Shown one piece after another: positions 27,116-37,912 of a stretch of 64,000 nucleotides of DNA; within the stretch, counting starts at the first letter, position 1, and every line of letters starts with the position of its first letter. Location: positions 8,929 through 72,928 of IMG/VR virus record IMGVR_UViG_3300032312_001355. One strand, given 5' to 3'. Below the pieces are notes generated by a model, which saw only the letters and a program-made list of their open reading frames with translations, had not been told where the DNA came from and searched no databases. Source of the DNA: a virus. Its lineage: Duplodnaviria; Caudoviricetes. Made by a program: the position numbers and the translations under genes.

Positions 27116-28249
27116 ATGAGTAATCTTTGGGTAACACCAGAAGAGCTAGGTACATACGCTAATTCAGATTATGCCTACGAAGCTTGTAAATCAGCCTCTT
27201 ATTTACTTTGGGGAATGTCAGGCCGCAAATTTAGCGGTGTAACAACAGTAACAGAACGATATGTATCTTCTTACGATCCATACCTTCGATCAGGTGGATC
27301 TAGTCTTGTTTACAGCCCAATTTTAATAAATGGAGATGTTGTAAATATGGCCTCTGGTGGTCGATACGCAGAGGATGATTTTCAAGGTGATGGTACATCT
27401 TCAAACTCCCGTGTCCGCCTTCGTGGTCGCAAGGTAGTTAAAATACATACTCTTCGTGACCTTGATGGAAATATTATAGAACCAAGTAAGTATTATCTTT
27501 CTGACCACTCAACAATTTTTGGAGTTGCAGGATCAGGATGGTCACCTTCTCAAGTAGAGGTTACCTACACATATGGAAGCCCTGCACCTTCAGCAGGTCG
27601 TGCAGCAGCTCGTGTTTTGGCTACAGAACTTGTTAAGCTTTACGAAGATGACGACACATGTGCCCTTCCTCAGAGAGTTACATCTATAAGTCGTCAAGGT
27701 GTTTCATATACTCTTCTTGATAATCAAGATTTTATTGATGAACTTAAAACAGGCATATATGCTATTGATCTTTTTCTAAAAACAGTAAACCCAGACAAGG
27801 CTCGTGCTCGTTCTCGTGTATTTAGCCCAGACCAGCCGCGAGCTCGTCGTATCACGGGGGCATCTCCTCTTTACCCACTTAGCGCATTTGACCTATATTC
27901 GACTGCAGATGGGGCATCTAACATCTATTATTTCTCAGAGATTAATGCAGATTTTATTGATGGAAGTAATGCTTGGACTATTCAAATAGATTTTTCTGAT
28001 ATTAATAGCAACACAACGACAACTATTCCTAATGCTGCTGTTATTGATAGAGTAGAAAATACAATAAGAGTGAGTGCAACTTACAAACAAGTATTAGATG
28101 TAATAGGACCTCGTGATCCAGGTATTTTAGATATGTACGCTGTACGACCAAGTCTTGCAAATCCAGCTGTTTCCGAGATTGTTCATTTAATTTCTAGTAA
28201 CATTATCATGCAACTAGGCGAACGAACAATTCCAATCTATACTGTATAA
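27116..28249 (+). CDS. Head-to-tail adaptor with C-terminal extension
   Basis: AC..ASYLLWGMSGRKF...GRAAARVLATELVK...C.LPQRVTSISRQGVSY...TG...IDLFL..VNP. Confidence 0.8.
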   Translation: MSNLWVTPEELGTYANSDYAYEACKSASYLLWGMSGRKFSGVTTVTERYVSSYDPYLRSGGSSLVYSPILINGDVVNMASGGRYAEDDFQGDGTSSNSRVRLRGRKVVKIHTLRDLDGNIIEPSKYYLSDHSTIFGVAGSGWSPSQVEVTYTYGSPAPSAGRAAARVLATELVKLYEDDDTCALPQRVTSISRQGVSYTLLDNQDFIDELKTGIYAIDLFLKTVNPDKARARSRVFSPDQPRARRITGASPLYPLSAFDLYSTADGASNIYYFSEINADFIDGSNAWTIQIDFSDINSNTTTTIPNAAVIDRVENTIRVSATYKQVLDVIGPRDPGILDMYAVRPSLANPAVSEIVHLISSNIIMQLGERTIPIYTV

Positions 28250-28277
28250 CTAGAGAAACTAAAAGACAAGAGGACAT

Positions 28278-28784
28278 ATGGGATTAAATGTAGATCCAGC
28301 AACAGTATCTAGCGATGCTAAGAATTTAGCTAACCTTATGCAAAATGTGCTTAATGCTGTAATTGATACATATACTTCCTATACGATGCCATTACCGGGT
28401 CGTCGCTATTGGACACTAGGTTCTCCAGCTGTTGACTGCGAGCAAGTAGTTGTTTCTATGTTGCAGATGTATATTGGATCTCCAGGAGATGAAGCAACAT
28501 CTCCACGCAGATGTAATGATCCTCGCTCAGTGACCCTTCTGGTTCAAGTTTCTCGTGAAGTTCCTACAGTAGGAGCAAATGGCAGATCACCATCTGCAGA
28601 TGCAATTCAAGATGGGTCAGAGATTTCTGCATACGATGCATGGATTCTGTTGGATAGCTCAAGACTATTAGACCGCTGGGATCCAGCTAACTTTGGTCTT
28701 GGTGTTATTGCAACAGTAGAAACCAACGCTCCTGAGGGCGGGTTTCAAACAGTAAGTATGACTATAACTATGGCGGTTCCGTAA
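28278..28784 (+). CDS. Head-tail joining / tail terminator protein
   Basis: LPGRRYWT.G.PAVDCEQVVVS...PEGG; synteny. Confidence 0.6.
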   Translation: MGLNVDPATVSSDAKNLANLMQNVLNAVIDTYTSYTMPLPGRRYWTLGSPAVDCEQVVVSMLQMYIGSPGDEATSPRRCNDPRSVTLLVQVSREVPTVGANGRSPSADAIQDGSEISAYDAWILLDSSRLLDRWDPANFGLGVIATVETNAPEGGFQTVSMTITMAVP

Positions 28785-29167
28785 TGGCTAGAGTTAAGTT
28801 TTACGATTCAGTTTTAGATAACTTCCTAAACAATCCAAATGGAGAAGTAGGTAGATTTCTAAATGAAAAAGGAGAAGAAATAATTACAGCTGCCAGAGCA
28901 ATGGTAGGTGTAAGAACTGGAAGTCTTCGTAGTTCTATTCATATGAGACATATGAGAGATCCACGAGGTCAACGTATCTGGGTTGGGTCAACCTTAGATT
29001 ACGCATTAGCACACCATGAAGGAACTGCTCCTCGATTAGTAGCCTCAAAAAGCGGAAAAATGCTTAGGTTTGTTTCTAGAGGACAAATTGTTTATGCACA
29101 TGCAGTTCTACATCCAGGTAATGAAGCTAATCGTTATCTAAGTAAAGCTCTTAAAGCCAAGATATAA
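28784..29167 (+). CDS. HK97 gp10-like tail completion protein
   Basis: GVRTGSLRSSI...VGSTLDYALAHHEGT...VLHPG. Confidence 0.7.
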   Translation: MARVKFYDSVLDNFLNNPNGEVGRFLNEKGEEIITAARAMVGVRTGSLRSSIHMRHMRDPRGQRIWVGSTLDYALAHHEGTAPRLVASKSGKMLRFVSRGQIVYAHAVLHPGNEANRYLSKALKAKI

Positions 29168-29195
29168 TTACTACAACGACAGATAAGGAAAACTG

Positions 29196-29564
29196 ATGAC
29201 AACACGATTTAAAGATTTTGGGTCTGGTGGAGATCAAAACACCGAGCCAATTCTGTTTAAGCTTCATGGAGAAGAGTTTGAATGCGTAAAAAACCTTCAA
29301 GGAAACGCTCTTCTTAATCTTGTTGCAAAGGCTGGCAGTGGAGAGCCAGGCGATGCAGCAGAGACAATTAAAGACATCTTCTCACGAGCTCTTGTGGAAG
29401 AAAGCTACACAAGATTCGTCAAACTCATTGACGATAAGGAAAAGATTGTAACTGTGGAAACACTAGGCGCTATCACCGCTTGGTTAGTAGAACAGTACTC
29501 AGGCCGTCCTACGCAGGGGCCAGAGCAATCGCAGAGTGGGCAGTCGACCTCTGGCCTTATGTAA
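29196..29564 (+). CDS. Tail assembly chaperone (G-like)
   Basis: Position before tape measure; ends ...WLVEQYSGRPT. Confidence 0.75.
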   Translation: MTTRFKDFGSGGDQNTEPILFKLHGEEFECVKNLQGNALLNLVAKAGSGEPGDAAETIKDIFSRALVEESYTRFVKLIDDKEKIVTVETLGAITAWLVEQYSGRPTQGPEQSQSGQSTSGLM

Positions 29565-29914
29565 ATGGTAAAGCTCTAACAAACGGATTGAAATTGGCAA
29601 ATATGGATATGGCAGACATGCTAGATGTGATGCACTATTACATGGAAACCGATTTTAATGTGTCAAATGCTGAACAAGCGGAAGCTCGTGATAAAGCAAG
29701 GAGCATTATCTACACAAGTTTATATAACAAACAATATAAACTTACTGTAAAAAGCAATAACCATTCTCAGACTAACGCAAGTGGTTTTGAGGAAAATTTT
29801 GCTGACAACGACCCCTTAAAAGGTCCTACGAAGTCATATGTCCCACCGACAGACTTCAATGCAGACTCCGAAAAACCTTTCGGAGACATTTTAGATTCAC
29901 CATTAGGTAGCTAG
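29480..29914 (+). CDS. Tail assembly chaperone downstream ORF (T-like, probably expressed by -1 frameshift)
   Basis: Overlaps the G ORF in the -1 frame with no convincing RBS/start; ends just before the TMP; left boundary uncertain. Confidence 0.6.
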   Translation: MVSRTVLRPSYAGARAIAEWAVDLWPYVNGKALTNGLKLANMDMADMLDVMHYYMETDFNVSNAEQAEARDKARSIIYTSLYNKQYKLTVKSNNHSQTNASGFEENFADNDPLKGPTKSYVPPTDFNADSEKPFGDILDSPLGS

Positions 29915-29925
29915 GAGGTGATGGC

Positions 29926-32900
29926 ATGGCAGTTGTAGGCGAGGCATCGGTAATTGTTCGTGCCGTCACCACTAGCGTAAAAAATGATATTCAAAAAGCT
30001 TTTGACGGAGCTGGTCGAGTAGGTGAACGTGCTGGAGCTGATGCAGGTTCTAGCTTTAGTAGAGGGTTTAAAAGCAACAACAATGTTGGAGCTCTCTTTG
30101 GCAAAAACTTATCTCAAAGAGATATAAATGTATTTAAACAAGCAAGAGAGCAATTTCTTTCTCTTGCAAGAGTTGGTTACACCTTAGGTGCTTCTCTTAC
30201 AGCTCTAGGCGGAATTATTGGTGGTGTAATTGGTGGTTTAGGTACTTTAGTAGCAGTTGTTGGTGGAGCTACTCCAGCTTTATTAGGTTTATCTGGTGCA
30301 TTTTTAGCCGTTGCTGCCTCGGCAGCTGTACTTAGGGCAACTTTTGGCGGTGTAGGGGAAGCTATTAGCGCAGGTGCAAAGGTAGGACAAAATGCAGCTG
30401 CAGATGCAGATAGACTTGCTGCAGCAAACGATAGATTAGCAGATGCTTATTACAATTTAGATGAAACTGCTCGAGACAATGCTAAAAGAAAAGCAGATGC
30501 TGTAGAGGCAGAGTCTGATGCAGCTATTGCAGTTGCAGATGCAGCTATTGCTGTTGAAAGAGCTGAACGATCTTATCAAGGCGCTGTTAAAAATACTCAA
30601 AAAGCTCTTGAAGAAGTTACAGAAGCTCGTGAAGAAGCTAAAGAAGCAATCCAACAGCTTCGCTTTGAGCTTGAAGGCGGAGTTATTTCTGAAAAGAAAG
30701 CACGCCTTGAGTTTGAAAAAGCTCGTGATTCTTTGCAACGCGTTCAAGATCTTCCACCTAACTCTCGTGCTCGTCGTGAAGCAGAACTTGCTTTTGCTGA
30801 AGCCGATCTTAATCTTCGCCGTGCAATTGATAAAAATAACGATCTCCGTAAATCAACTGCAAAGGCAAATCGTGAAGGTGTAGATGGAAATAAGGTAGTA
30901 ATTGCCGCACAGGAGAAATTAGCAGAAGCTAAAACATCTGAAAGCGATGCTCAGATAGATGCTGCACGATCAACTATTACTTATAGAGAAGCTCTAGAAG
31001 ACCTCAAAAAAGCACAAGATGCTTTAACAGATGGAGGAGAAGTAGATCGTCAAAATCTTCGTGCTCTAGAGCTTGCTAATAGAGAGCTTGAATCTGCAAT
31101 TAAAGCTCAGGCTGCAGCTGCTAAGGGCTCTGGTTTTGATGAATATAAAGCTGCTTTAGATAAACTTTCACCAGCTGCACAAGACTTTGTAAAATATATT
31201 CTTAGCCTAAAAGATGCATTTGAAGAGCTTAGAAAGAAACTTCAAGAAGCTTTTTTCCCTAAATTTACTGAGGCAGTTAAGCTTCTTGTAGAAACTCTTT
31301 TACCTGCTTTAGAGCAGTCTTTAATAACACTTGCAGCAAAACTTGGAGAATTATCTTTACTTTTTGCACAAGCATTTACAACTCCTAAAAAAGTAGAAGA
31401 ATTAAAAACTATTTTTGACTCTTTTACCCCCATAATTGATGCTTTAGGTAAGGCATTTATTGCTCTTGCTTCAGCATTTGTAACTCTTCAAGCAGCATTT
31501 ACTCCTTACACAATCGAGTTTGCTCAGTTTATTCAAAAGAAAGCAGAAGCTTTCCAAAAGACTGTAGAGTTAAAAGAGGCTACTGGCGAGCTAGCCACAA
31601 TCTACAAAAATGCAACAGACATTGTTAGAGGCTTTGGAGAAGCCTTTGGCAATGCATTTAGTGCTTTTGGAACTATTATTGCTGCTGCTGTTGGGCCAGG
31701 AAGTGCTGGAGAGTTCTTTACTAACTGGCTAATTGGTATTACTGAAAAATGGGAAACAGCTACAAAAGCATTAAGTGAGTCTGGAGAGCTTCAGACATTT
31801 CTTTTAGGTTTAACTGAAAACTTCACAAAGATACTTGAAATTATTGGCCTTATTGGTCTAGGAATGATTAAGATTGCAGCAACAGAAGGCTTTGGCTATT
31901 TCCTAGATAGATTAAAAGAGTCGGTTATAGAGTTTAATAAACTAGGTGTAAGTATTGCAGATAAAGCTTTACCTGCATTTGGTGATTTTATTCTTGCATT
32001 TACAAGATTTATTGTTTTATTTGCTGATGCTGGCGCCATTGCAGTTTTCTTTAATACTCTTGCTGCAATTCTTAACACCATAGTTGCATTACTAGATAAT
32101 GAAGTAGGAAGAGCTGTACTTGCAGTAACTGGCTCTATGCTTGCTTTCTCTGCAGCTACAGGACTGGCAAGTAAAGCTGCATTGTTCTATGCAAACTCAC
32201 TAAAGGGAGCTGTAATAGGCGGAGTAGCATTTGGACAAAATCTTGCACTACTACTACAGAAAGTTCCTTTGTTAGGCGGTTTTGCCACACAGCTAGGAGT
32301 TAGGATGGCAGGACTTACTGGAATTATTGCAGCAGGTGGAGCGCCTCTCTGGGCCCTTGTAGCGGCAGTTGTAGCTGTTCTTGCAATATTTAAACTTGCT
32401 TACGATGCTAGCGAGAATTTAAGAAATGCTGTATCTGGTTTAACTGCAGGTATAAAAAATGCTTTAAGTAAAGCTTTTGAAGATATCAAAAGAACTATTC
32501 AAGAAGTTTTTCCTGTGTTTAAAGGAACTTCAGACTTCTTTAAAGACATAGGAGATATCCTTGCTATAACTTTGGTACCTATTCTTGGGCGCTTAGCTGG
32601 TATCTTGATTGGAACTGTGTCTGGAGCTTTCCAAAGAGTTATTTACTTTATTGGAGCTGCAAAAGACTTTATAATGATTTTTGCTAATATATTCCAAGGA
32701 GTGTTTAAACTTCTCACTGGAGATGTTTCAGGTGCTGTAGATGAAATGAAGCAAGTATTTACAAGTTTAGGTAACTTTATAAAAAATATTCTTAAGGGTG
32801 TTGCAGCACCATTTGTAGGAGCTCTTAACGGAGTTATCGATGTATGGAATGGCGCAGCTGGTAAGTTTAAGGTAAACATTCCAAAGTGGGTACCTATTAT

Positions 32901-33210
32901 TGGAGGAAATGTATACAGTCTTCCTCAAATACCAAGAATTAACCTAGCAAATCTTGCAGAAGGCGGAATTGTTATGCCATCTATGGGTGGAACAATTGCC
33001 CGTATTGGTGAAGCTGGTCGTCCAGAGCGTGTAGAGCCTCTTGATCCAAGCGGGCTATCAAAGCGTGATAGAGCATTAATTGAAATGCTTGCTGGTCCTG
33101 CTGGCGGTATTAATATCACTGTAAATCCATCTGCTGGTATGGACGAGCGTGAGCTTGCTGCTCTTGTTTCTCGTCAACTTGCATTCCAAATGCGTAAAGG
33201 TGCTGCATAA
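29926..33210 (+). CDS. Tape measure protein
   Basis: 1094 aa Ala/Gly-rich helical protein, VGEASVIVRA start, C-terminal LAEGGIV...IGEAGRPE. Confidence 0.9.
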   Translation: MAVVGEASVIVRAVTTSVKNDIQKAFDGAGRVGERAGADAGSSFSRGFKSNNNVGALFGKNLSQRDINVFKQAREQFLSLARVGYTLGASLTALGGIIGGVIGGLGTLVAVVGGATPALLGLSGAFLAVAASAAVLRATFGGVGEAISAGAKVGQNAAADADRLAAANDRLADAYYNLDETARDNAKRKADAVEAESDAAIAVADAAIAVERAERSYQGAVKNTQKALEEVTEAREEAKEAIQQLRFELEGGVISEKKARLEFEKARDSLQRVQDLPPNSRARREAELAFAEADLNLRRAIDKNNDLRKSTAKANREGVDGNKVVIAAQEKLAEAKTSESDAQIDAARSTITYREALEDLKKAQDALTDGGEVDRQNLRALELANRELESAIKAQAAAAKGSGFDEYKAALDKLSPAAQDFVKYILSLKDAFEELRKKLQEAFFPKFTEAVKLLVETLLPALEQSLITLAAKLGELSLLFAQAFTTPKKVEELKTIFDSFTPIIDALGKAFIALASAFVTLQAAFTPYTIEFAQFIQKKAEAFQKTVELKEATGELATIYKNATDIVRGFGEAFGNAFSAFGTIIAAAVGPGSAGEFFTNWLIGITEKWETATKALSESGELQTFLLGLTENFTKILEIIGLIGLGMIKIAATEGFGYFLDRLKESVIEFNKLGVSIADKALPAFGDFILAFTRFIVLFADAGAIAVFFNTLAAILNTIVALLDNEVGRAVLAVTGSMLAFSAATGLASKAALFYANSLKGAVIGGVAFGQNLALLLQKVPLLGGFATQLGVRMAGLTGIIAAGGAPLWALVAAVVAVLAIFKLAYDASENLRNAVSGLTAGIKNALSKAFEDIKRTIQEVFPVFKGTSDFFKDIGDILAITLVPILGRLAGILIGTVSGAFQRVIYFIGAAKDFIMIFANIFQGVFKLLTGDVSGAVDEMKQVFTSLGNFIKNILKGVAAPFVGALNGVIDVWNGAAGKFKVNIPKWVPIIGGNVYSLPQIPRINLANLAEGGIVMPSMGGTIARIGEAGRPERVEPLDPSGLSKRDRALIEMLAGPAGGINITVNPSAGMDERELAALVSRQLAFQMRKGAA

Positions 33211-35834
33211 TGGCTGAAGTATTTAATCAAAGAGAAGAAAACAGCACGGTAGATCGTTCTTTAATTCCGCTTCAACAGCCTCATTTGACTGGAATGAAGC
33301 TACAAGGCGATATTGCCTTGGGTGAATTTCTTTTTAACACAATTGACCAGTACGGCGTTGTTTGGGTCATTACAGAAATTGAAGGTTGGTGGCAACACCC
33401 AGAACCAGACATGCCAGACATTCCTCGTGGTTTTGGCGACGGTTCTTACGACATTAAAGGTCGCTACCAAGCAAGAATTCTTAACCTACAAGGAAGCTTC
33501 TTAACTCCTGACCCATCTTTAGTTGAAGCAGCTCGTGACCGTCTTATTGCCGCCACAAACCTTGTATACAGAGGTGCTTGGCTTAAGACAGGTATTGAGT
33601 CTGACAACAAACGTTCATCTTTTGTAAGACTTAGCGGTGCACCAAACATTCAAACTGTTACAGCAAGAGGTCGCACAGACTTTTCTATTGGACTAAAAGC
33701 AGCAGACCCAATTAAATATGCGTGGAATGACTCCGACCCAGATGGCTATGAAAGAGTTGAAATTCCAGCTACTAATAGAACTACTGGTGCTACTGGAGTA
33801 GAGACTATTACCAACATCGGAAATGTTGATGTTCCAGTTAATTTTGAAATTTCTGGACCTATTACAGGACCTGCTCGTATTTACAATAGAACTACAGATA
33901 AGCTTCTTTATATTGTCTCTAACCTTAGAGGACGTTTAACATCTTCAATTGTTAATAAGCAATTAGACTTTGATGAAGATATCTTAGAAGATATTGTAAC
34001 TCTAACCACTACTACAGCTCACGGGTACTTGCAAGGAGATACAGTAGAAATTAGTGGACTTGCAGAGTCTGATCTTAATGGAGACTTTACTATTACAGAG
34101 GTTCCTACAGCTACAACATTTAAATACAGCCTCTTCCCTCTTAATGCAGCTATTACAAAAGCCGTTGTTGCAAAAAAGTTAGTAAGCAATGTAGCTACAA
34201 TTTTTACAAAAGAAGCGCATGGTTTTGCTGTAGGAAATACTGTTTTTCTAAAAGATATAGACTCTGTTTTTGACGGTAATTATAGAATTGACACTGTGCC
34301 AACACCTACAACTTTTACTTATGCAAAAAATCGTAGTACCGCTAGAACTGTCACTGGAGCAATTTTAGTTTCTAATACAGCTACTTTGACTACTACCGAG
34401 CCTCACGGTGTTGTTGAAGGTGAAGATGTAACTATTTCAGGTTTAGATCAAAATTATAACGGAACCTACACTGTAACATCTGTCCCATCTACAACAACAT
34501 TTAGCTATACAAAAACAAGAACAGACGCTAGAGCTATATCTTCAAGGTCTATGACTAATGATGTTGCAACAATTACAATGGATGCAACTCACGGTTTTGT
34601 TCAAAATGAACTAGTTGAGGTCTCTGGTATGGATAGAACCGCTACTCAGACTGCCATAGGTTTTGAAAATGCATTTAATGGAACATTTACAATTAAAAGT
34701 ATCCCTTCTGCTTCTTCCTTTACATACGATGTCCCTAGACTTTTTAGCTCTACAATAACTACAACTTCACGTTCTGCAAATGTTGCATCTGTTACTGTTG
34801 CAGAAAGTATCTCGGCATTTGTTGGAGACACGGTAGTTATTCAAGATTTAGCAAATAACTCTTATAACGGAACATTCACTGTCACAGCTGTTCTTAGCAG
34901 TACTACTTATGTATTTGCATCTGTTGGAACAGATGAGGCACCTATTGGCGTATCTACAGGAAAAATAACTTTACTTTCTGCAGAACCCGTAGTTGCTGTT
35001 GTTGCTGGTGGAAATTTTGATCTTGTTTTCCCAAGAGAGCACAGCTTTATTGTTGGAGAGTCTGTGGTTGTTTCTGGGCTAGGATCTGATTACAACGGAA
35101 CATATACGGTATTAGATACTCCGCAGTTTAACGTTATCCGTTTAAATGGAGTTGGTAAGCCAGCAACAAGTTCAAGTACATTAAACCCTCCTATTTCTTT
35201 GAGGGCAAGAACAGGTAATACTGTAACAATTACTACATCTACTCCACATAATTTAGTTAATGGTCAATATGTTAGAGTAAATTTGTCAGATGTTGGTTTA
35301 GGTGGAACATGGGTTGCTACTGTAACTGGAGCAAATACATTTACATACACAACGCCAACTTCTGGAACTATTGCATCGGCAGCGCCAAGTGCAGGATCTG
35401 GTATTGCTGGAGCTAAGATTACACGTTTGCGATCTGTAGCTAGCACTGTAGATGCAGGAGAAGCTAGAGTAGGTGGTGGTCTTCCATTTGCATCATACAC
35501 TTCTGGAACTGCATCAATTGGTGGAAACATAGTAAATTCTGATGGAAGCGAATTAGAAGCATCTGGCATTGCCGTTAAAAAAGCTAATATACCTTTTACT
35601 CCAGGCCTAACTGGTGCATTGGCAGACTTTGGCCCCGATGTTTTGGAAGTTGATACATTAACTAGAGATGTCGCTCTAAATGGAAACTATGAAGGTGCTA
35701 GAGCAAAGCTTGATGTCCTTACTGATTTTTTCTTCTTACAACCGGGAAACAATGAGATAGAGTTTGCTGATGATAAAAACTCTGTAAGTACTGGATTACT
35801 AAAGGTGTTTTATAGGTCTGGTTGGCTAGGTTAA
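33210..35834 (+). CDS. Distal tail protein (evolved Dit) with 7 inserted HG beta modules
   Basis: Dit-like N-terminus (WVITEIEGWW...DGSY...RILNLQG) and C-terminus (LEVDTLTR...FLQPGNNEIEF...YRSGW) flank the repeats. Confidence 0.75.
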   Translation: MAEVFNQREENSTVDRSLIPLQQPHLTGMKLQGDIALGEFLFNTIDQYGVVWVITEIEGWWQHPEPDMPDIPRGFGDGSYDIKGRYQARILNLQGSFLTPDPSLVEAARDRLIAATNLVYRGAWLKTGIESDNKRSSFVRLSGAPNIQTVTARGRTDFSIGLKAADPIKYAWNDSDPDGYERVEIPATNRTTGATGVETITNIGNVDVPVNFEISGPITGPARIYNRTTDKLLYIVSNLRGRLTSSIVNKQLDFDEDILEDIVTLTTTTAHGYLQGDTVEISGLAESDLNGDFTITEVPTATTFKYSLFPLNAAITKAVVAKKLVSNVATIFTKEAHGFAVGNTVFLKDIDSVFDGNYRIDTVPTPTTFTYAKNRSTARTVTGAILVSNTATLTTTEPHGVVEGEDVTISGLDQNYNGTYTVTSVPSTTTFSYTKTRTDARAISSRSMTNDVATITMDATHGFVQNELVEVSGMDRTATQTAIGFENAFNGTFTIKSIPSASSFTYDVPRLFSSTITTTSRSANVASVTVAESISAFVGDTVVIQDLANNSYNGTFTVTAVLSSTTYVFASVGTDEAPIGVSTGKITLLSAEPVVAVVAGGNFDLVFPREHSFIVGESVVVSGLGSDYNGTYTVLDTPQFNVIRLNGVGKPATSSSTLNPPISLRARTGNTVTITTSTPHNLVNGQYVRVNLSDVGLGGTWVATVTGANTFTYTTPTSGTIASAAPSAGSGIAGAKITRLRSVASTVDAGEARVGGGLPFASYTSGTASIGGNIVNSDGSELEASGIAVKKANIPFTPGLTGALADFGPDVLEVDTLTRDVALNGNYEGARAKLDVLTDFFFLQPGNNEIEFADDKNSVSTGLLKVFYRSGWLG

Positions 35835-35846
35835 AAAAGGATAAAA

Positions 35847-37910
35847 ATGACATCAATAGACGCAACACTAACAGACGTTAATTATCGATACTTTCTTACA
35901 GACTTAGTCTCTAACGAAGTTTTAGCAGAAGTTCCTTTTTCTGGGGTTAACTATGAAAGACAGCTTCGTAAAGCTGGTGCTTTTAGTGGAACCATCCCTG
36001 TAATTGCTGCTACCAATAAGTTAAATTTGTATGAGGCAACTATGCCAGGCCGAACTGGTCTATATGTTATGCGTAATGATGTTTGCGTATGGGGAGGAAT
36101 TGTCTGGGCTAGAAAATATGATGAGTCTAGTAAAAGTCTGACAGTTGATGCTTCAGAGTTTACAAGCTATTTCTATCATAGACACATTTGGCAAACTTTA
36201 GTTTATGGATCTGAATATATTGGAGTTTCTTCTTTTTCTGTAAGTAATGGGGTTGCCTCAATTGTTACTGGAGAAGCTCATGGATTTAAGCAAGACGATT
36301 TTGTAAAAGTAACTTTTACTAACCCTTCTGTAGATGGAACTCATCAGATAACTGCTGTGACAAGTCCTACAAGTTTTAACTATATTGTTGCAGCTCCTAA
36401 TGTTGGCTCGACTGCTATAAACGGCGGCGCTGCAAGAAAGCTTATAGATACCTACGACTTTGTAAGAGATCTTCTTTTCCAAGTTGCCACCGATATTTCT
36501 GTAACAACAGATGCTCGTCCAGGATTTTTTGCTAATGATGTTATAGAGCCAGGAAAAACTATAGAGGCCTCGGTTATCTCTAAGAAAAGAGATGAAGGGC
36601 TTGTTACTATTAAAACTCTTGAAGACCATGAAGTAGTTCCTGGTCAACAGTTTGAGTTAGTTGAAGTAGATTCAACGTTTAATGGTTATCATATAGCTAG
36701 CCAAGTTCCTGACAGTAAAACTGTAATTTTTGAGGATAGAGGAGGAAATATTCCTTTAACCACAGTGCCAGGTATAAGAACTTTCTTTGTTACAAACAAG
36801 GTTCTTACTAGTAATATAGCCACAGTAACCACTCATATTCCTCACGGGATAACTGTTGGTCAAAGCTTTACTTTGTCTGATGTAGATTCTTTCTTCAATC
36901 AACGTCTAGATGAAAACTTTAACGGAACTTATATCGCTACAGCTACAACCTCCAACACTATAAGTTATGCAAAAGAGAATATTAGAAATATTGCATCTTC
37001 TGTAGTATCTGGTGGAACTGTCAGTGTAGGAAGTAAGCTAGTTTATGGGACTTATGGCCCGTATGCTTCAAACTCAGATTTAGGCATTGAAGTTGGAACT
37101 AACGAGACAAGTAATCTATATCAAGATACTCAATATTTAAGAGGTTTTGAGCTTAAAAGTGTTGGAGAGATTTTAGAAGACTACTCTAATAATCTTAATG
37201 GTTTTGAGTATCGAATTGATTGCGATTATGATTTAACTACTGCATCTTTTACTAGAACTCTTACTTTACTTAATATTGAAAATCCTAATCCTATAGCGGA
37301 TACTTTAGTAGGTATTACAGATGCAGAAAGACTTGGATATAATCAAATTATCTTTGAGTACCCCGGAAGTATTTCAACATTTAGCATTGAAGAAAGTGCT
37401 GAAGATGCGGCCACTCGTTTCTTTGTAGAGGGAAACATTTCAGATTTATCAGATGCTGCAAGTCAGCCATACGCTGTAGCTGCAGATATATCTCTACTTA
37501 ACAATCCTGTTGGTAAAAGTTGGCCGCTACTAGATCAAGTTGAAGTAGTAAATAACACAGGAGATGAAGAGGTTTTATATGAATACGCTAAAGAGTATTT
37601 ATATGAGTCAAAGCCTCCGATGGGAGAGTTTAGTTTGACAGTAAACGGATCTTTGACTCCTGTACTTGGAACATACAACCCAGGAGATTGGTGCTCACTT
37701 ATCATTGATGATCCATTTGTTTTAGCTCGTCTTGCAGATGATCAAGAACCAAGAGATGACATTATTGTTAGAAAAATTGCATCATATAAAGTTTCAGTTC
37801 CAGATAATCCTGCTTTCCCAGAAACTGTAACCCTAGAGCTAATTACAGACTGGAAAGTTGACACGGCTGGAGAAGAAGCTGGTCTTAGTAGAAATATAGA
37901 AGGAGACTAA
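35847..37910 (+). CDS. Baseplate hub / Tal-like minor tail protein with 3 HG modules
   Basis: YRYFLTDLVSNEVLAEVPF...LRKAGAFSG...YVMRNDVCVWGGIVW; follows Dit. Confidence 0.7.
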   Translation: MTSIDATLTDVNYRYFLTDLVSNEVLAEVPFSGVNYERQLRKAGAFSGTIPVIAATNKLNLYEATMPGRTGLYVMRNDVCVWGGIVWARKYDESSKSLTVDASEFTSYFYHRHIWQTLVYGSEYIGVSSFSVSNGVASIVTGEAHGFKQDDFVKVTFTNPSVDGTHQITAVTSPTSFNYIVAAPNVGSTAINGGAARKLIDTYDFVRDLLFQVATDISVTTDARPGFFANDVIEPGKTIEASVISKKRDEGLVTIKTLEDHEVVPGQQFELVEVDSTFNGYHIASQVPDSKTVIFEDRGGNIPLTTVPGIRTFFVTNKVLTSNIATVTTHIPHGITVGQSFTLSDVDSFFNQRLDENFNGTYIATATTSNTISYAKENIRNIASSVVSGGTVSVGSKLVYGTYGPYASNSDLGIEVGTNETSNLYQDTQYLRGFELKSVGEILEDYSNNLNGFEYRIDCDYDLTTASFTRTLTLLNIENPNPIADTLVGITDAERLGYNQIIFEYPGSISTFSIEESAEDAATRFFVEGNISDLSDAASQPYAVAADISLLNNPVGKSWPLLDQVEVVNNTGDEEVLYEYAKEYLYESKPPMGEFSLTVNGSLTPVLGTYNPGDWCSLIIDDPFVLARLADDQEPRDDIIVRKIASYKVSVPDNPAFPETVTLELITDWKVDTAGEEAGLSRNIEGD

Positions 37911-37912
37911 AA

